From NCBI GenBank assembly GCA_964355385.1, contig CAYHEI010000001.1, forward strand, positions 1 to 35,025: 35,025 nt of DNA, given 5' to 3'. The notes beneath the pieces are model-generated. The model was not told the origin of the DNA. It did no database searches and worked only from the letters and a program-made list of their open reading frames with translations. Position numbers and translations under genes: made by a program. The first letter of the stretch is position 1. The number at the start of each line of letters is the position of its first letter. This document shows, in pieces, positions 32,399 through 35,025 of the stretch. Source of the DNA: an uncultured bacterium (GTDB lineage Bacteria; Oederibacteriota; CAKKQC01).

Positions 32399-34927
32399 TC
32401 AGTAGCGCGCGTCGATCGTCAGGCGGCCCCGCCGGCCGGTCAGGTCCACGTCGCCGGTACGGGGGTCGAACCTTCGCCACCTGCGCCCGTTCACCCGCAC
32501 GGAACGAAGCGGGGCGCCCGCCGGATGGCGGAAGCGCGCGAGCCACCGCGGCGCGTTCGCCGGAGACCCCAGCGTCGCCACGAGCCGGATGCGCCCCCGG
32601 GCCGCGTGCGAGACCCAGCGCGCGGCGACCTCCCCGTACGGGGTCGCCGCCTTCGTGATCTCCGCGCCGAGGCCGTCTGCCAGCCAGGCGCGCGGCAGCG
32701 CCCGCCCCAGGTGCAAGCCGGCGGACGACCAGGACACGAGCATGGCGCGCAGCCACGACACCGCGTTGGCCTCGTCCGAGGTCTTGATCGCGGTGGCGTT
32801 GGAAAACCCCAGCTCCGGCGCGGGGTGCTCGATCAACCCGTTGATCTCCTCGCGGTAGCACGAGGCGAAGGCGTTGAAGAACATCCAGAGGTAGACGTCC
32901 GGCTCGTCGCGGTCGAGGTGCGGCAGCAGGCCCGCGAGCAGGTTGGGCTGCATCGAGAACCCGCCCCGCGCCGGGAAGGTCCGCTCCGGGTCCGGGACCG
33001 GATAGCCGTAGGGCGGGTTCATATAGAGGTTGTCCTGGTAGTCGTCCAGGATCCACCCGGCCTCCTTCGATCGGGCGTCGTAGAGGCCCGAGAGCAGGAG
33101 GTAGACGGCGCCTTCCAGGACCTCGCGGATCCAGCCGTAGCCCCGCCCCCGCACGTAGAGGCGGCTGGGGTAATGCGGCACCCAGCGGCCGTCGCGCAGC
33201 CGGACGAGCGGCGCGTGCCGCCGGGACGTTTCGAGGCCCCGGATCAGGTCCGCCTTGTACGCGTCCGACTCGCGCCGCAGGCGGGGCGCCTCGGGATGGC
33301 CGATGGCGGCCAGCGCGCGGGCGGCCCGGTCCGCCCCGCGCCAGGTCAGGGCGTTGGTCGAGAGCCAGTAGTGGAAATCCGTGACGTCCTCCAGGCTGCC
33401 GGCGGGCAGGAAGCCGCGCTCCCAGCCGCGCGAGTGCGGCAGGGTCCGCTGCGTGTTGCGCCGCTGGCGGAAGACCCAGTCCGCGCCCGCGACCAGGGCC
33501 GCCGCGACGCTCCGCAGCCACGCCGCGTCGCGCGTGAGGGTGTAATGCTCCGCGAGGCACCACAGGACCCAGCCGTGATGCTGGTTGTAGGCGCCGGTCT
33601 CGAAGCCTCCCGCCCCGTAGAACATGCCGCGATAGTCCGTGAAGTTGCCCGGCTGCTCCACGGTGCCCTGGTACGCGATCCAAACCGCGAGCCGGCGGCG
33701 GGCCTCCGCATGAAGCCCCCGCCGGTCCAACTCGTTCACGATCATGCAGGCCTCGTTGCTGTAGTTCCCGTACGTGGACGTGCCCACGGAGGTGTTCACG
33801 AGGTCGGGCCGCCCCGGCATGCCCACGTCGGCGATTTCCGCGTGCGTCAGGTGGGCGGCGTACACCGCGTCCAGCGCGGGCTCCGGCGTATGCAGTTGCG
33901 AGCCGCGCCGGTTCTCCGCGCGCCAGAAAGCCGCCGCCGCGCGGCGGCAGCGGTCGAAGTCGAGCGCCCGGAGCGCGCGCAGCTCCGCCGGGCCGTCCAG
34001 CGCGACGTAGGGAATCTTCAGCAGCGCTTCGCAGGACTCGCCCGGCTGCAGCACCAGCGCCAGGACCGCGCGGCGGCCCCGGCGGGAGGCGCGCATCCGG
34101 GAGGACCACGCCGCGCGCAGCACCGGCCGGCCGCCGAACGCGCTGCGCAGCGCTCCCCCCGCCGGATGCAACGCGTCCAGCTCCGAATCGGGCACGAGCC
34201 GGGCGTTCTGCCGGTCGCCGCCCTCGAAGGCGTTGTAGGAACGGCGGGAGTCCTGCGAGAACCCGATCGGCAGTTCCGCGCGCGCCGGCGTGTCCCCCTC
34301 GTTCGTGAAGCGGAAGCGCATCAGGGCGACGACCACGGCGTCGGGCGCGGTCTCCCCCTTCCGGATGTCCGTCGCGAGCGGAACGCACACCGTCCGCTGC
34401 TCGACGACGATGTCGCCCCGACGCACCCGCAGCGTCGCCCCCGGCACCGGCGCCGGCTCGCCGAACCGCGCGAGCGGGATGGACGATTCCAAGCCGAAGA
34501 AGAACCGGCCGTCGCCCCGGCACAGGAAACGCCGGGTGTCGCGGCCCGCGATCCGCGTCACGTTGCCGCGGTGCAGCACCAGGTCCCCGCCGGCCTCCAG
34601 CCAGAACTTCTGCCGCGCGTGCTTGCAGCCCAGGCTCGCATTGACCGCGTGCGGCCGCGGCTGGCCGTGGAAGGCGGCCGCGAAGCTGTGCTCGGGCCGC
34701 GCGCGGACGCGGGCCAGGATCGTGCGGGCCCGGCGCGTGCGCTCCCGGTAGCGCGCGAACGTCGTGGGATCGTCCGCCCGCGCGACGAAGACGCCCTGCT
34801 CCGCGTACCAGATCGGCCCCTCGCGCGCGAGCGCCGGGAGCGAGATCGTGAAGCTGTCGCGCGGCAGGTCGAACGTGACCCGGCCGTCGTCGCCCGCGTA
34901 CCGGTGCGCAGGCTCCATATGGTCCAC
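32399..34927 (-). CDS. large hypothetical protein (possible six-hairpin glycosidase-like core), possibly 5'-truncated by the window edge
   Basis: It runs 842 aa from the GTG at 34927. The same frame stays open with very G/C-rich third positions up to 35025, so the true start may lie off-window. The helical W/Y-rich central region (YNQHHGWVLWCLAEHY...) suggests an (alpha/alpha)6-type fold, which is an inference only. Confidence 0.7.
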   Translation of the reverse strand: MDHMEPAHRYAGDDGRVTFDLPRDSFTISLPALAREGPIWYAEQGVFVARADDPTTFARYRERTRRARTILARVRARPEHSFAAAFHGQPRPHAVNASLGCKHARQKFWLEAGGDLVLHRGNVTRIAGRDTRRFLCRGDGRFFFGLESSIPLARFGEPAPVPGATLRVRRGDIVVEQRTVCVPLATDIRKGETAPDAVVVALMRFRFTNEGDTPARAELPIGFSQDSRRSYNAFEGGDRQNARLVPDSELDALHPAGGALRSAFGGRPVLRAAWSSRMRASRRGRRAVLALVLQPGESCEALLKIPYVALDGPAELRALRALDFDRCRRAAAAFWRAENRRGSQLHTPEPALDAVYAAHLTHAEIADVGMPGRPDLVNTSVGTSTYGNYSNEACMIVNELDRRGLHAEARRRLAVWIAYQGTVEQPGNFTDYRGMFYGAGGFETGAYNQHHGWVLWCLAEHYTLTRDAAWLRSVAAALVAGADWVFRQRRNTQRTLPHSRGWERGFLPAGSLEDVTDFHYWLSTNALTWRGADRAARALAAIGHPEAPRLRRESDAYKADLIRGLETSRRHAPLVRLRDGRWVPHYPSRLYVRGRGYGWIREVLEGAVYLLLSGLYDARSKEAGWILDDYQDNLYMNPPYGYPVPDPERTFPARGGFSMQPNLLAGLLPHLDRDEPDVYLWMFFNAFASCYREEINGLIEHPAPELGFSNATAIKTSDEANAVSWLRAMLVSWSSAGLHLGRALPRAWLADGLGAEITKAATPYGEVAARWVSHAARGRIRLVATLGSPANAPRWLARFRHPAGAPLRSVRVNGRRWRRFDPRTGDVDLTGRRGRLTIDARY

Positions 34928-35025
34928 CGCGACGGCGAACCGGCGGCCCGTCCCCCGGCGGGCCGGCCGCGCGTTGTACCCGCGGACGCCGGTGACCGCG
35001 CCACGGGTCTTCCGGCCCGCGTCCA

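Noticed and set aside
31509-34523. 1004-aa minus-strand ORF overlapping the 842-aa ORF, the methyltransferase and the CoA-binding gene
   Set aside because: It is an alternative frame with an Arg/Gly/Pro/Ala-rich nonsense-like sequence. It would run through three genes that have good motifs. The G/C third-position bias favours the 842-aa frame.
1-35025. A search by eye for CRISPR repeats, tRNA/rRNA genes, integrase/transposase/recombinase genes, reverse transcriptase and terminal inverted repeats of IS elements
   Set aside because: None were found. No regularly spaced direct repeats occur, no ORF has DDE, tyrosine-recombinase, serine-recombinase or RT motifs, and the only long non-coding stretch (4447-4905) has no cloverleaf-like arrangement. 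A proper tRNAscan/Infernal/ISfinder run would be needed to be certain.

Overview
This is a high-G+C bacterial chromosomal window. I could not recognise any rRNA, tRNA, CRISPR array, integrase or transposase by eye, and I count about 33 credible protein genes.

Backbone: the bulk is saprophyte-style carbohydrate and polyol metabolism.
- Three Gfo/Idh/MocA oxidoreductases and a xylose-isomerase-like TIM-barrel enzyme.
- A 4-gene dehydrogenase operon: Gfo/Idh/MocA, an MmsA/IolA-type CoA-acylating semialdehyde dehydrogenase, a Zn-ADH and an ALDH.
- Two large secreted right-handed beta-helix proteins.
- A beta-galactosidase-trimerisation-domain-type glycosidase, a GH128-like enzyme and a DUF2961/GH172-like enzyme.
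- A sulfatase-fold protein translationally coupled to L-rhamnose mutarotase.
- CysC, a thioredoxin-fold protein, pirin, a CoA-binding protein and a SAM methyltransferase.

Accessory segments: visibly lower-G+C stretches are wedged into this backbone.
- (i) about 1.9-8.3 kb. Two divergent paralogues of an AAA_14/DUF4143 ATPase with a C-terminal PD-(D/E)xK-like motif bracket a 361-aa Pol-beta-type nucleotidyltransferase that has a helical, Rx4-6H-containing tail. A Phd-like/PIN pair follows, then a GNAT acetyltransferase fused to an unknown C-terminal extension (about 140-170 aa).
- (ii) 13.66-14.2 kb. An RHH protein is translationally coupled to an 80-aa protein of no family I recognise (candidate new type II TA).
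- (iii) 29.9-30.6 kb. A canonical Phd-like/PIN pair.
- A third AAA_14/DUF4143 paralogue sits at 22.2-23.5 kb.

Best candidates: the ATPase-nuclease/NTase island (i) is my best candidate for an undescribed system, and the RHH + 80-aa pair is second.

Regulatory peculiarity across the window: most operon-leading genes carry a TAnnnT-type -10 box 5-8 nt before the start codon and have no Shine-Dalgarno (leaderless-type). Two divergent gene pairs have overlapping or abutting start codons.

Limits: all functional calls come from motif recognition by eye. No searches or computations were run beyond hand counts.
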